A DNA stretch of 64,000 bases from Candidatus Paceibacter sp. (GCA_020724865.1 DYGA01000001.1:196624-260623), one strand, 5' to 3'; positions 26,322 through 37,007 are shown, counted from the first letter of the stretch. Notes: generated by a model from the letters alone, not told the origin. Program-made: numbers and translations.

Positions 26322-26969
26322 ATGGGTTGGTATTCTGGAAAAAAACCTATTTATAAATTAAATCAACTGCGGCTTGGTAAAACGCAACAGGAAGAGTTTT
26401 TGCATTCGCATTTAAAAATGAATACTCGTCAGATTAAAGAATTAAAAGAAAAGCTGGGCGGCAAAGCTTTGTCGGAAGGTAAACTTTTGACCGCTAGTCA
26501 ATGGCAAAAAATAATGCAAGAACACGAACCGAACATTAAGGAAAAATGGCACGAATTTGTTAAACAAAAGGAAAAAGAATACCAAAATTATGTGGCAGAG
26601 GTAAAAAAAGAAAATATTAAAAAGGTTAGGGAAATGGAAAGAAAGCAAGAAGCAGCTGATAAAATGGTAAAAAAATTAACTGGCAGAGAAAAGCCCGGAT
26701 CTTGGCGGGAAAAAATAAAAAAATCTATTGTTGCCGATAGAATTGATGTAAAAAATAGTGATTTGACTCCAGCCGCGCAAAGAGTTTTGCGTAAAAAAGA
26801 AGAATTAATCAATCGAAAAAAAACCGAATGGGTTCACGCTGATACGGGTAAGGCCACTACTGTCCATGAGTGGGAAGAAAAAAAGAAAAACGATAATACA
26901 GATAAAATTGAGACAGATATTGACCAAGTCAAAGAAGAGGCTAAGAAACTCCCTGATATGCAGATTTAA
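26322..26969 (+). CDS. Highly charged K/E-rich hypothetical protein; the true start may be the internal Met MNTRQIKEL.
   Basis: The evidence is the ORF, which is predicted helical/coiled and preceded by the repeated element. Confidence 0.4.
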   Translation: MGWYSGKKPIYKLNQLRLGKTQQEEFLHSHLKMNTRQIKELKEKLGGKALSEGKLLTASQWQKIMQEHEPNIKEKWHEFVKQKEKEYQNYVAEVKKENIKKVREMERKQEAADKMVKKLTGREKPGSWREKIKKSIVADRIDVKNSDLTPAAQRVLRKKEELINRKKTEWVHADTGKATTVHEWEEKKKNDNTDKIETDIDQVKEEAKKLPDMQI

Positions 26970-27057
26970 TTAGGAAACAAAGGCCTAATTTAAGATTGAT
27001 TTTATTGGTAAAAAATGATAAAATTTTATTTGTGGATATAGGTTAAATAAATAAAAT

Positions 27058-27699
27058 ATGCAAGCAGAATGGTTCGGACAAACGTTTATTAGAATGCAAT
27101 TAAAATCACCACAAAATGGTGATTCTAATTTGCTTATTGATCCCTATCAGACAAAAAGTTTAGGTATGCGTCAGCCAAAAATGGAGGCTGATGTGATTTT
27201 GTCAAATAGCGGTAAATTAGATAGTAAATTGGTCATCCCTCAGGGCTCATTTGTAATTACTGCTCCAGGCGAATATGAAATAAAGCAAATATTTATTTAT
27301 GGTCTGCCAGAATACGATCCTGACGGGTTAGCAACTGGTAAAATAATGTATGTGATTGAAGGAGAAAATATGACCATGGCTCATTTAGGCAGAATAACTC
27401 AAGAAAATTTATTTGAGTCACAGTTGGAATATTTGGAAAATGTTGATATTTTATTTATTCCTGTTGGAGGTGGTGATGGTTTGACGCCTAAACAGGCCGC
27501 TAAGATTTGTCAGCAAATTGATCCTCGAGTTGTAGTGCCTATAAATTATGCTTTTGGTAATAATAAGATGCCTTTGGCACAAGTTGATGAATTTGTAAAA
27601 GCTAGTGGTTTAACTAAACCAGAAAAAGTAGAAAAGTTGCGCATAACAAAAAAAGATTTACCCAGTGAAGATACTAGGCTAGTTATTATTGAGATATAA
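27058..27699 (+). CDS. MBL-fold (UPF0173-like metal-dependent hydrolase family) protein with a degenerate metal-binding motif; probably a pseudo-enzyme.
   Basis: The overall pattern (FGQTFIRMQL ... LLIDPY ... DVIL ... ILFIPVGGGDGLTPKQAAKI ... VVVPINY) matches UPF0173/MBL hydrolases. The H-x-H-x-D-H position instead reads SNSGKLDS. Confidence 0.45.
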   Translation: MQAEWFGQTFIRMQLKSPQNGDSNLLIDPYQTKSLGMRQPKMEADVILSNSGKLDSKLVIPQGSFVITAPGEYEIKQIFIYGLPEYDPDGLATGKIMYVIEGENMTMAHLGRITQENLFESQLEYLENVDILFIPVGGGDGLTPKQAAKICQQIDPRVVVPINYAFGNNKMPLAQVDEFVKASGLTKPEKVEKLRITKKDLPSEDTRLVIIEI

Positions 27700-27705
27700 T
27701 GTTTT

Positions 27706-28095
27706 ATGTTGTTTTTTCCTCAATTAACACCAGAAAAGAAAAAACAATTAAGTTTTTTGTTGTTAATTAGCATTGGGTTGATTATATTGATCTGGGCGCT
27801 ATGGTTGACAAAATTTGGTTATAGCCGAAAAGAAAAAAATAGCAGTGAATTTTTTAATTTTTTTCAGCTAAGTGGTCAGGAAACAATAGATCAGTACAAT
27901 CAATTCAAAGACCAACTTCAGGCTACTTGGCAACAGGTGGAAAGTACTGTAAATCAAACTCAGAAGCAAGAGAAAATTATTGATCAAATGAAACAGCGAT
28001 TAGCAACTGCTACCACTACCAGTTCTACTACTTCCTCAACTCAAATACAAGTAGATCAAAGCCCAGTAGAATCAATCAATCAATCAGAAGAATAA
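27706..28095 (+). CDS. Hypothetical membrane-anchored protein with a Ser/Thr-rich stretch.
   Basis: The evidence is the ORF, one TM helix, and the low-complexity segment ATATTTSSTTSSTQ. Confidence 0.4.
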   Translation: MLFFPQLTPEKKKQLSFLLLISIGLIILIWALWLTKFGYSRKEKNSSEFFNFFQLSGQETIDQYNQFKDQLQATWQQVESTVNQTQKQEKIIDQMKQRLATATTTSSTTSSTQIQVDQSPVESINQSEE

Positions 28096-28104
28096 ATTTA
28101 TTTT

Positions 28105-30585
28105 ATGAGTGCTAAAAAAGATATTTTATCAGCCAAAAATTCAATTGAGCAAAGGATAGAGTTACGGCCATTGGTTCAAGAAATGGAGCAGTCTTATTTG
28201 GATTATGCTATGAGCGTGATTGTCGCTCGGGCTCTGCCTGATGTTCGTGATGGAATGAAGCCAGTCCATCGCAGGATATTATATGCAATGTGGGATATTG
28301 GTTTGCGTAGTAATGCTAAATATCGAAAATCTGCCACTGTAGTTGGTGAAGTATTAGGCAAATATCATCCGCATGGTGATGCGGCTGTTTATGATAGCAT
28401 GGTTCGAATGGCTCAAGATTTTGCCATGCGTTATCCTTTGGTCAATGGTCAAGGTAACTTTGGCTCGGTGGACGGAGATAGTGCAGCAGCTATGCGTTAC
28501 ACTGAAGCCAAGTTGATGCCTATTGCTGAGGAGATGTTGTATGATTTGGATAAAAATACTGTGAATTTTATACCTAATTATGATGGTAGTCACAAAGAAC
28601 CTCAAGTTTTGCCAGCAAAATTACCCAATTTATTGCTCAATGGTGCCATGGGTATTGCGGTCGGGATGGCAACATCTATTCCCACCCATAACTTATCAGA
28701 AGTAATTGATGCCACCGTACATTTAATTGACAACCCCGATGCAGATGTCGATGATTTATTGACCTTTATTAAAGGACCAGATTTTCCTACGGGTGGAATT
28801 ATATTTAACAAGGAAGACATTAAAACTGCTTACGCTACCGGTAAAGGAAGAATTGTGATTAGAGCCAAAACTGATATTGTCGAAGAAAAATCTGGGCAGT
28901 GGCAAATTATAGTTACAGAACTACCTTATCAAGTTAATAAAGCTATCCTTTTAGAAAAGATTGCTGAATTGGTACGTGATAAAAAAATTGAAGGTATTAA
29001 AGATTTACGTGATGAATCAGATAAAGAAGGTATCAGAGTGGTGATTGAACTCAAAAAAGATGCCTATCCTAAAAAAGTATTAAATCAACTTTTTAAACAT
29101 ACGGAACTACAATCTGCTTTTCACGTTAATTTATTGGCTTTGGTAGATGGCATTCAACCTCGGGTGCTGACTTTGAAAGATATTTTATTTGAGTTTATTA
29201 AACATCGTAAAGAAGTAATAGTTAGACGAACACAGTTTGATTTGGATAAGGCTAAAGATCGTGCTCATATTTTAGAAGGTTTGGTAATGGCTTTGGAGGA
29301 CATTGATAAAATTATCAATACTATTAAAAAATCTAAAGATAAAGATGACGCTAAATTAAATTTAATAAAAAAATTCAAATTATCCGAACGTCAAGCCGTG
29401 GCTATTTTGGAAATGAAATTACAACAATTGGCTAATCTAGAAAGATTGAAAGTTGAAGAAGAATTAAAAGAAAAAAAGAAATTAATCAGAGATTTGACCG
29501 AATTATTGAAAAGTGACAAAAAGATTTTGGGAGTTATCCGACAAGAACTTTTGGACTTAAAAGAAAAATATGGTGATGAACGGAGAACAAAAGTAGTTCC
29601 TCATGCGATCGACAAGTTTTCGCAAGAGGATCTGATACCAAACGAGTCGACAGTGGTAGTCATTACTAAAGATGGTTATATCAAGCGATTGTCCCCTGAT
29701 ACTTTTAAGACGCAAAGCCGTGGTGGTAAAGGAGTAATTGGATTGGTAACTAAAGAAGAAGATGTAGTAGAACATTTGTTTACAACTATGACTCATGCAG
29801 ATTTATTGTTTTTTACTACGCGCGGTCGAGTGTTTCAATTGAAAGCTTATGATGTGCCAACTGGTAGCAGAACCAGTAAGGGGCAGGCAATTGTCAACTT
29901 TTTGCAGTTATCACCTGAAGAAAAAATATCCGCTGCTTTAGCGTTGTCTGAAGTTAGGGATGATAATAAATTTTTGGTAATGGTGACTAAGAAAGGTATT
30001 ATTAAAAAAGTAAAATTTGAAGAATTTGATAATGTTCGTCGTTCAGGACTAATTGCTATTAAATTGAAAGCTGATGATAATTTAGAATGGGTTAAACCAT
30101 CAAGTGGTAAAGATGATATTATATTGGTAACAGCTCAAGGTCAGGCTATCAGGTTCAAAGAAACTGGTGTTAGAGCAATGGGTCGATCAGCTGCTGGCGT
30201 AAGAGCAATTCGGTTGAAAAAAGGTGATTGGGTGGTCGGAATTGATATAATTTTTGAAGGCAAACCAACTAAAGAAGAGCAGTTATTAGTAGTGATGGAT
30301 AATGGTTTTGCTAAACGCACAAAGGTAACTGAATTTAAAACCCAAGGACGAGGCGGCAGTGGTGTAAAGGCGGCTAAAGTGACCAGTAAAACAGGAAAAG
30401 CCGTGGCCGCATTTGTGGTAAATGCGAAATTGGCTGAAGAGGATTTGATTGTCATGAGTGAAAAAGGTCAAGTTATACGTTTACCTTTAAAATCTGTATC
30501 AGTTTTAGGTAGGGCTACACAAGGTGTGCGAGTGATGCGTTTTAAAGTTAGTAATGATACGGTTGCCAGTGTAACTTTTGTCTAA
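28105..30585 (+). CDS. gyrA: DNA gyrase subunit A.
   Basis: The sequences [28 protein letters not shown] and YHPHGD (catalytic Tyr region and QRDR) are present. The C-terminal beta-pinwheel repeats are recognisable. No gyrB is adjacent. Confidence 0.9.
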   Translation: MSAKKDILSAKNSIEQRIELRPLVQEMEQSYLDYAMSVIVARALPDVRDGMKPVHRRILYAMWDIGLRSNAKYRKSATVVGEVLGKYHPHGDAAVYDSMVRMAQDFAMRYPLVNGQGNFGSVDGDSAAAMRYTEAKLMPIAEEMLYDLDKNTVNFIPNYDGSHKEPQVLPAKLPNLLLNGAMGIAVGMATSIPTHNLSEVIDATVHLIDNPDADVDDLLTFIKGPDFPTGGIIFNKEDIKTAYATGKGRIVIRAKTDIVEEKSGQWQIIVTELPYQVNKAILLEKIAELVRDKKIEGIKDLRDESDKEGIRVVIELKKDAYPKKVLNQLFKHTELQSAFHVNLLALVDGIQPRVLTLKDILFEFIKHRKEVIVRRTQFDLDKAKDRAHILEGLVMALEDIDKIINTIKKSKDKDDAKLNLIKKFKLSERQAVAILEMKLQQLANLERLKVEEELKEKKKLIRDLTELLKSDKKILGVIRQELLDLKEKYGDERRTKVVPHAIDKFSQEDLIPNESTVVVITKDGYIKRLSPDTFKTQSRGGKGVIGLVTKEEDVVEHLFTTMTHADLLFFTTRGRVFQLKAYDVPTGSRTSKGQAIVNFLQLSPEEKISAALALSEVRDDNKFLVMVTKKGIIKKVKFEEFDNVRRSGLIAIKLKADDNLEWVKPSSGKDDIILVTAQGQAIRFKETGVRAMGRSAAGVRAIRLKKGDWVVGIDIIFEGKPTKEEQLLVVMDNGFAKRTKVTEFKTQGRGGSGVKAAKVTSKTGKAVAAFVVNAKLAEEDLIVMSEKGQVIRLPLKSVSVLGRATQGVRVMRFKVSNDTVASVTFV

Positions 30586-30645
30586 AAAAATTAAACTTTA
30601 TCAAAAGGCTCTCAATATATGAGAGCCTTTTGATAATTGTATTTA

Positions 30646-33387
30646 TTAAACCTCTTTCATCTCTAGCCAGTTATTTCCAGATTTAATATCAACCACCAAT
30701 GGAACTTTAAGTGTAGCAACTGATTCCATAGTATTTTTTATTTGTTGGGCAACTTTATTAATTTGATTTACAGGTATTTCAAATACTAATTCATCATGGA
30801 CCTGTAGGAGCATTTTTATTTCCGGATTTTTTTGACAAATCTGTTTATAAACAGCTATCATGGCCAGTTTCATAATATCAGCACTAGTACCTTGGACAGG
30901 TAAGTTGATGGCAGCTCGTTCAGCAGCATTTCTAACCTGGGTAATATTTGAATTTATTTCTGGTAAGTAACGTTTACGGCCAAACATAGTAGTAACATAG
31001 CCTTGTTCTCTGGCTTGTTGAATTATTTCAGTAGTAAATTGTTTCATTCTTGGAAAGCGGTAAAAATATTTATCAATAAATTGTTTAGCTTGGGATCTGG
31101 ATATGCCTGTTCTTTCTGCTAAGCCAAATGGTCCCATGCCATACAGTACACCAAAATTTACTTCTTTGGCTTGACGTCGCATATCATTATCAACTTTAGC
31201 AAAAGGCACATCAAAAATAAAAGCTGCTGTGGTCCGATGAATATCTTGACCTTCTTGAAAAGCTTTAATTAGATTTTGATCTCCCGAAAGATGGGCTACT
31301 ACCCTGAGTTCTATTTGTGAATAATCAGCTGACAGTAAGACATGGTCTTTTTCGGCAATGAAAGAACCGCGAATTTTTTTGCCCAAAGGAGTACGAATAG
31401 GAATATTTTGTAAATTAGGATCAGATGAAGATAATCTACCAGTAGCGGTAATAGTTTGATTGTAACTGGTATGAACTCGGCCGGTTTTAGGATTGATCAG
31501 TTTAGGCAATGCTTCAATATATGTAGAACGAAGTTTGGTTAATTCACGATAATCTGAGATCATATCAATAACTGGATGCAGTCCCCGCATTTTTTCCAAT
31601 TCGCCCGCCGCAGTTGATATGCCAGTTTTGATTTTTTTTAGACCTTGAGTTGGAATATCCAATTTTTCAAACAGAATTTTTTTTAATTGTAAAGGTGAAG
31701 CAATATTGAATTTTTCCCCGACCTGATTGTATATATTTGTTTCCAGCTTACTGATTTGTTGGGTAACTTTTTTATTTAATTGGTTTAAATATTTACTATC
31801 AATTTTAATGCCGTTTTTTTCCATAGCAGTCAAAATAGCGACCAGAGGCATTTCAATTTGTTGAAAAAGTTTTTCTAAATCATTTTTTTTTAATTCAATT
31901 TGTAAATTTTTATAAAGCCTATAAGTAAAATCGGCATCTTCACAAGCATAATTACAAATTTGTTGCGCAGTTAGATCAGACATAGTCAGTTGATTTTTGC
32001 CTTTTTTGCCCAGCAACGATTCAATCGGAATCATGTCATGGCCAAATTCAGAAAAAACTATATTGTCCAACTTCAATCTTCTTTCGCCCGGTCTTAATAA
32101 ATAAGCAGCAATCATTGTATCAAAATATATCTTGTGTATGTTTATGTCTGCTTGGGACAGAGCGATTAGATCAAATTTTATATTATGGCCTATAATTTTA
32201 GTTTGATTGGATAATATTTTTACCAATTTTTTAAAAGTAGTTGTGTTTTTTAAAGCTTGGTAATCAAGATAATAGGCCTCACCTTCCTGCCAAGCCAGGC
32301 TGATGCCTACCAGTTCGGCTTGCATAGCATTGGCGCTACTGGTTTCGGTGTCAAGAGTCAATATTTTTACAGATTTTAATTTAGTTATTAGAGTTTTTAA
32401 ATCTTTTTCGTTGGCAATTAAATGATATTTTTGGGTAGTTTTTTTATTGTTCTGGTTGGGGTTTATTTGTAGGCTGACTTGGGTTAAATTTAATTTTTGT
32501 TCCAATTCAGGAATTTTTCCCAGTAATGATTTGAATTCTAGTTCCTGAAATAGTTTAATTAGTCTGTCTTTATTAGGACTGCGTAATTTACATTTTTCTA
32601 AAGTAAATTTAATTGGCACATCAGTTTTAATAGTGCCTAATTGTTTTGACAAATAAGCATCGGCTTCATAGGTAGCCAATAATTCTTTGATCCGCGGTTT
32701 TATTTTTTTACTAAACTTATATTGTTGATATAAATTTTCTAAAGTTTTAAATTCCGATAAAAGTTCAATAGCAGTTTTTTCACCTATACCCTTCACTCCA
32801 GGGATGTTATCTGATGGGTCTCCGCGCAAAGCTTTAAAATCTATTAGTTGGTTGGGTTTAAGTCCATGGTATTTAGTTATCACTTCTTTAGTGTCATAAA
32901 TAATTGTGTCAGCTAGACTGCGTCGCAAAGTATATACTTTGGTGTTATCATCAACCAATTGTAAAGTGTCATAATCACCAGTAACAATATAGGTTTCAAT
33001 ATTTTTATTCTTTTCAAGGTTGCGACTAATTGTACCGATGATATCGTCGGCTTCGTAACCTTCTTTTTCAAAAATTGTAATATTAAAGGCCTCAACAATT
33101 TGTCTAATTATAGGTATTTGTGCATAAAGTTCATCTGGTTGTTTTTGTCTAGTGGCTTTATAATCAGCAAAAGCTTGATGCCTAAAGGTAGGTGTTTTTA
33201 AATCAAAAGTAACGGCCGCATAACTTGGTTTAATATCTTTTAAAACTCGCAGTAAAATTGTGACAAAACCATACACTGCATTAACCACCAGGCCAGATTT
33301 AGTCGTCAAAGGAGGGATAGCGTGAAAAGCGCGGTGAAGCAGCGCATTACCGTCAATTATTATAAATTTTTCCTTTTTTTGGGGCAT
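30646..33387 (-). CDS. polA: DNA polymerase I.
   Basis: The 5'-3' exonuclease N-terminus (IIDGNALLHRAFHA) is present. Polymerase motif A (DYSQIELR), motif B (RRQAKEVNFGVLYGM) and motif C (QVHDELVFE) are all present. Confidence 0.9.
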   Translation of the reverse strand: MPQKKEKFIIIDGNALLHRAFHAIPPLTTKSGLVVNAVYGFVTILLRVLKDIKPSYAAVTFDLKTPTFRHQAFADYKATRQKQPDELYAQIPIIRQIVEAFNITIFEKEGYEADDIIGTISRNLEKNKNIETYIVTGDYDTLQLVDDNTKVYTLRRSLADTIIYDTKEVITKYHGLKPNQLIDFKALRGDPSDNIPGVKGIGEKTAIELLSEFKTLENLYQQYKFSKKIKPRIKELLATYEADAYLSKQLGTIKTDVPIKFTLEKCKLRSPNKDRLIKLFQELEFKSLLGKIPELEQKLNLTQVSLQINPNQNNKKTTQKYHLIANEKDLKTLITKLKSVKILTLDTETSSANAMQAELVGISLAWQEGEAYYLDYQALKNTTTFKKLVKILSNQTKIIGHNIKFDLIALSQADINIHKIYFDTMIAAYLLRPGERRLKLDNIVFSEFGHDMIPIESLLGKKGKNQLTMSDLTAQQICNYACEDADFTYRLYKNLQIELKKNDLEKLFQQIEMPLVAILTAMEKNGIKIDSKYLNQLNKKVTQQISKLETNIYNQVGEKFNIASPLQLKKILFEKLDIPTQGLKKIKTGISTAAGELEKMRGLHPVIDMISDYRELTKLRSTYIEALPKLINPKTGRVHTSYNQTITATGRLSSSDPNLQNIPIRTPLGKKIRGSFIAEKDHVLLSADYSQIELRVVAHLSGDQNLIKAFQEGQDIHRTTAAFIFDVPFAKVDNDMRRQAKEVNFGVLYGMGPFGLAERTGISRSQAKQFIDKYFYRFPRMKQFTTEIIQQAREQGYVTTMFGRKRYLPEINSNITQVRNAAERAAINLPVQGTSADIMKLAMIAVYKQICQKNPEIKMLLQVHDELVFEIPVNQINKVAQQIKNTMESVATLKVPLVVDIKSGNNWLEMKEV

Positions 33388-33510
33388 ACAAATTTGTAAT
33401 TTAATTCACAAGTTTGGCAATATTAATATTATATTGTTTTTAAAAGAAAATATTAATACAAAAAATGCTAAGATTATCTTAGCATTTTTATATATTTATT
33501 GATAGAAAAA

Positions 33511-34707
33511 TCAAAGTTTTTTTAAAGCCATTTGAGCTATAGTTTCACCAATTGCTAATGAAGCGGTAGCGGCTGGCGATGGGGTATTTAAGACATTTAT
33601 AATTTTATCGTCATCATATATTAAAAAGTCATCTATCAATTTGCCATTTCGGTCGCAAGCTTGAGCTCTGACCCCAGCCCCTCCAGGAATTAAATCATTT
33701 TTGTTAATATTTGGCAGTAAACGTTGCAAGGCTTTGGTAAAGGCAGATTTGTTGTAACTGCGATAAAATTCACCAAAACCCATTGGCCAGTATTTGAACA
33801 TAACTTTTAAAAAACCCGGCCATAGTAAAGTGGAGAAAAGTTCTTTCAAGTGAATATCTGTTTTTTTATAACCTTCTTTACGAAAAGCAAGTACGGCATT
33901 TGGACCAGCTTCAACTGTTCCATTTATTCTCCGAGTAAAATGAACCCCCAAAAAAGGAAAGGTAGGATCAGGCACTGGATAAATAAGATTTCTTACTAAA
34001 TGACGTTTTTTTTCGGCAATTTCATAATACTCGCCACGAAAAGGAATTATTTTTACATCTATTTTTTGGTTTAATTTGGCCAGTTCATCTGATTGCAACC
34101 CCGCAGTATTGATCGCCAGTTTTGTTTTGACATTACCTTGATTGGTGATTAGTTTTATAAAATCTGGTTGTTTTTTAATATTAGTTACTTTGGTGTTTAG
34201 TTTTATTTCCCCTGAGTATTTAGTAGTAAAAATTTCTGCATACTTTTTGCTAACCTCAGTGTAATCAACAATACCGGTGTATGGCACCCATAGCGCAGCT
34301 ACTCCGCTAGCATAAGGTTCATAATTTTTTATTTCCTGAGCTGATATTTTTTTTATATTAACTAAACCGTTTTGTATACCTTTTTGGTAAAGTTCTTCCA
34401 ATCTTGGCAGTTCAGCAGGTTTGGTAGCAATAATTAATTTTCCGCATAATTCGTATTTGATATTATGGGCAGAGCAAAAATCAAGCAGCAGTTGATAACC
34501 GCGCCGACAATTTTTTGCCTTCAAACTACCTGGTTTGTAATAAATACCTGAGTGAATAACCCCGCTATTGTTGCCAGTTTGATGTTGAGCAATTTTTGTT
34601 TCTTTTTCCAATAAGACAACTTTTAAATCAGGATTAATTTTTTTTAGTTGTAAGGCAGTGGCTAGTCCTACAATTCCGCCACCAATAATTGCCAGATCAT
34701 AAATCAT
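33511..34707 (-). CDS. lhgO: L-2-hydroxyglutarate oxidase / dehydrogenase (FAD-dependent).
   Basis: The FAD-binding fold starts DLAIIGGGIVGLATA, followed by QTGNNSGVIHSGIYYKPGSLKA. The C-terminal segments PFRGEYY, GVRAQA and NTPSPAATAS align closely with E. coli LhgO/YgaF. Confidence 0.75.
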   Translation of the reverse strand: MIYDLAIIGGGIVGLATALQLKKINPDLKVVLLEKETKIAQHQTGNNSGVIHSGIYYKPGSLKAKNCRRGYQLLLDFCSAHNIKYELCGKLIIATKPAELPRLEELYQKGIQNGLVNIKKISAQEIKNYEPYASGVAALWVPYTGIVDYTEVSKKYAEIFTTKYSGEIKLNTKVTNIKKQPDFIKLITNQGNVKTKLAINTAGLQSDELAKLNQKIDVKIIPFRGEYYEIAEKKRHLVRNLIYPVPDPTFPFLGVHFTRRINGTVEAGPNAVLAFRKEGYKKTDIHLKELFSTLLWPGFLKVMFKYWPMGFGEFYRSYNKSAFTKALQRLLPNINKNDLIPGGAGVRAQACDRNGKLIDDFLIYDDDKIINVLNTPSPAATASLAIGETIAQMALKKL

Positions 34708-34767
34708 AAAAATATAAAAATGCTACTATATAATAGTAGCATTTTTAATTAGATTTTGATAATTATA

Positions 34768-35271
34768 TTAGGCAGCTTTTTCGGCTGATTCTGGTTTGTT
34801 TTTCTTTGGCACCATTTTTTTGCGCTGTTTGACATAAAGTTCAGCAATTTCGGCGTTAATGTTGTTTAGTCTGTTTTTTCTTTCTGTTTGGCTTAATTTT
34901 TGCCATTCATTTTTGGGCAAAGAATATTTTTGAATAATTTTTTTTACTTCCATGGGCAGATGAGTTGTAGCTGGAGCTTTGATTTCAGTAAGCTCTTCCT
35001 CTGTTTCGTCTTTGGTTGAATTGTCTATTTTTTCTAAAATATAATTTTCTAAATTAAAATCATCTGGAATATTTTCAATAGGAATAAATTTTTTCTCTGG
35101 ATCATTTTTGTTTAAACGTTCTTCCTCTTCAATTATTTCTGGTTGATATATGTCGGTATCTAAATTTTTAGTTGGGTTATTTTTTCTGTCAATTTCTTCA
35201 TGAATAGGAATATTTTCTTGCTCTATTTTTTTATCCGTTTTTTTAGGTGACTCCCAATTAAATAATTTCAT
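34768..35271 (-). CDS. Acidic hypothetical protein, 167 aa.
   Basis: The evidence is the ORF, which is E/D-rich and has a basic C-terminal tail. Confidence 0.35.
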   Translation of the reverse strand: MKLFNWESPKKTDKKIEQENIPIHEEIDRKNNPTKNLDTDIYQPEIIEEEERLNKNDPEKKFIPIENIPDDFNLENYILEKIDNSTKDETEEELTEIKAPATTHLPMEVKKIIQKYSLPKNEWQKLSQTERKNRLNNINAEIAELYVKQRKKMVPKKNKPESAEKAA

Positions 35272-35290
35272 AATTTTTTATTAATATTAA

Positions 35291-35365
35291 TGGAGGCCTG
35301 GACGGGAGTTGAACCCGTGTATAGCGGTTTTGCAGACCGCTGCCTTACCACTTGGCTACCAGGCC
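35291..35365 (-). tRNA. tRNA-Cys (anticodon GCA), with encoded CCA.
   Basis: The acceptor GGCCTGG pairs with CCAGGCC. The anticodon stem GCGGT/ACCGC carries the loop CTGCAAA. The T-loop is GGTTCAACTCC. Confidence 0.85.
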
Positions 35366-35493
35366 GAAGCTAGTATTAAGTATTATATAGTATTAAGTAG
35401 CAAGTATAAAGAATATTAATTAACATTGATAGATTAACAAAATTTAATTTTTAAATCAATCAAAAAATCCCGCATTGGTAACGGGATTTTTTG

Positions 35494-36006
35494 TTAATTT
35501 AATATTTCTACGGTTAAATATCGACGACCGAACTGTTTAGCATCAGGGATTGATTCCATTAGTACATCCAGCCGTTCATTGTAGCGTTGATTCATGCGAT
35601 CTCTGACTTCAAAGATAGTATCACCAAAATATTCAGGAATACGCACTTTTGTGCCAAAAGGCAACCAATTGGCAGCTACCACTTTAATATTTTTGTTTTG
35701 ACAAATATTTGTACCATCAGCTGTGATACACGGCGTGCTGTCAGTTTGTTCGGGTACAGCGTTGTAAGCCGTGATTGTGACTTTTTTGGTCCGTACCACT
35801 TTAATTTCATTAACTGGTAATTGATAGTTAATTATTTCTGTTGCTTGGGCAGCTGGTTGTAGGTTGATGTTACTCTCCTCAGTCGGTAAGGCTAAAGCTG
35901 GAGCAGCTAATATTTCTGCCTGGGGTAATAAAAAAGTAAAAATTGAGGCAATAAATATAACTACTAGCAGCATTTGCCGTCCATATCTACGAACAAATAA
36001 ATTCAT
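35494..36006 (-). CDS. 3D-domain (RlpA/MltA-like double-psi beta-barrel) cell-wall protein.
   Basis: A signal/TM N-terminus is present. The C-terminal region reads VTITAYNAVPEQTDSTPCITADGT ... AANWLPFGTKVRIPEYFGDTIFEVRDR, with conserved Asp residues, as in 3D domains. Confidence 0.65.
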   Translation of the reverse strand: MNLFVRRYGRQMLLVVIFIASIFTFLLPQAEILAAPALALPTEESNINLQPAAQATEIINYQLPVNEIKVVRTKKVTITAYNAVPEQTDSTPCITADGTNICQNKNIKVVAANWLPFGTKVRIPEYFGDTIFEVRDRMNQRYNERLDVLMESIPDAKQFGRRYLTVEILN

Positions 36007-36161
36007 ACGGTTACTTAATACTTAAATTTGTAAAAAACCAATAAAAAACACCCTGTTTTAGGGATTTTAGGATTTTAGCAAAATAAGTAAAAAATGTCAA
36101 TCGTATAATTAGCTATTAGCTTTTAGCTTAAGCTGTTAAATCAATTAACCAGAGATAGTTA

Positions 36162-36476
36162 TTATGGTTGGTAAAGATATTTTTTTAGGTCAATATAGTA
36201 ATTGTTGCCAATTATTTTAATTTGAACACCTTCTTTATTCAGTAGTTGGGCTTGAATTTTTTTTGTAATTTGAGGGTTGATTATACTTATTAGACCGCGA
36301 CTATTGATGACTCGGTGCCAAGGTATGTCTTGATAATTTATACTTGCCCGCAAAGCAAAACCAACCGTTCGGGCGGCTCGTGGAGTTGAAATAAGTCCAG
36401 CAATTTGTCCGTAAGTCATTACTTTACCAGCTGGTATAGTTTTTACAATTTTATATACTTGTTTATAGAAATTCAT
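36162..36476 (-). CDS. atl: Alkyltransferase-like (ATL) protein: an MGMT-family DNA-binding domain lacking the catalytic cysteine.
   Basis: The helix-turn-helix VMTYGQIAGLISTPRAARTVGFALRA is followed by IPWHRVINSRG. PWHRV replaces the PCHRV active site of O6-alkylguanine transferases, which is the defining feature of ATL proteins. At 104 aa it is a single domain. Confidence 0.7.
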   Translation of the reverse strand: MNFYKQVYKIVKTIPAGKVMTYGQIAGLISTPRAARTVGFALRASINYQDIPWHRVINSRGLISIINPQITKKIQAQLLNKEGVQIKIIGNNYYIDLKKYLYQP

Positions 36477-36629
36477 AAGGTTAGTTTAATATAAAGTTGT
36501 GTTCAAAGCTACACTTATTCGCCTTGTATGATGTTTAGTGATTCATTTTGCTTATATTTTAATGCCACTCGATCGCTGGCGGTAGGAGGTTTAATTAATT
36601 TTTTCATACCATTATTAAATACCACTATT

Positions 36630-36668
36630 AAGATAAAAACTCTGGCTTTATGTCAGAGTTTTTATCTT
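36630..36668 (-). terminator. Perfect 15-bp palindromic hairpin abutting the 3' end of tRNA-Gly; it is a probable terminator or processing structure for the four-tRNA transcript.
   Basis: The stem AAGATAAAAACTCTG pairs with CAGAGTTTTTATCTT around the loop GCTTTATGT, and the 3' arm is U-rich. Confidence 0.5.
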
Positions 36669-36742
36669 GGAGCGGGTAGGGGGAATCGAACCCCCATCTT
36701 CAGCTTGGAAAGCTGTAATAATAGCCATTATACGATACCCGC
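36668..36742 (-). tRNA. tRNA-Gly (anticodon TCC), with encoded CCA.
   Basis: The acceptor GCGGGTA pairs with TACCCGC. The anticodon loop is TTTCCAA, and the T-arm is GGGGGTTCGATTCCCCC. Confidence 0.8.
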
Positions 36743-36805
36743 AATTTTACCTAACACGTAATACGGAACATTTTTGTTTGTTATATGTTATGTGTTACAT
36801 GTCAT

Positions 36806-36882
36806 TGGTCGGGGTGAGAGGGCTCGAACCTCCGACCTCCTGCTCCCAAAGCAGGCGCGCTAGCCAACTGCGCTACACCCCG
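36806..36882 (-). tRNA. tRNA-Pro (anticodon TGG), with encoded CCA.
   Basis: The acceptor CGGGGTG pairs with CACCCCG. The anticodon stem CCTGC/GCAGG carries the loop TTTGGGA. Confidence 0.85.
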
Positions 36883-37007
36883 TTAATTTAGATTATAAAT
36901 TATTAATTATAAATTTAAAAATATCTAGCTGATAATCGTGAAGTTAAAATAAATCCTAAATTCCAAAATCCAATAGATTTTAGTTTTTAGAATTTAGGAT
37001 TTATTAG

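Noticed and set aside
28354-30471. Several 60-104-aa antisense ORFs inside gyrA. Similar antisense ORFs occur inside rpoB, rpoC, polA, uvrB and rnj.
   Set aside because: They are fully nested antisense or out-of-frame within well-supported genes, with no independent signals.
36528-36891. ORFs 36528..36761 (+) and 36667..36891 (+).
   Set aside because: They overlap the tRNA-Gly and tRNA-Pro genes on the opposite strand. The translated sequences (for example ...GIEPPSSAWK ... GLEPPTSCSQ) are simply tRNA T-arm sequence read as protein.
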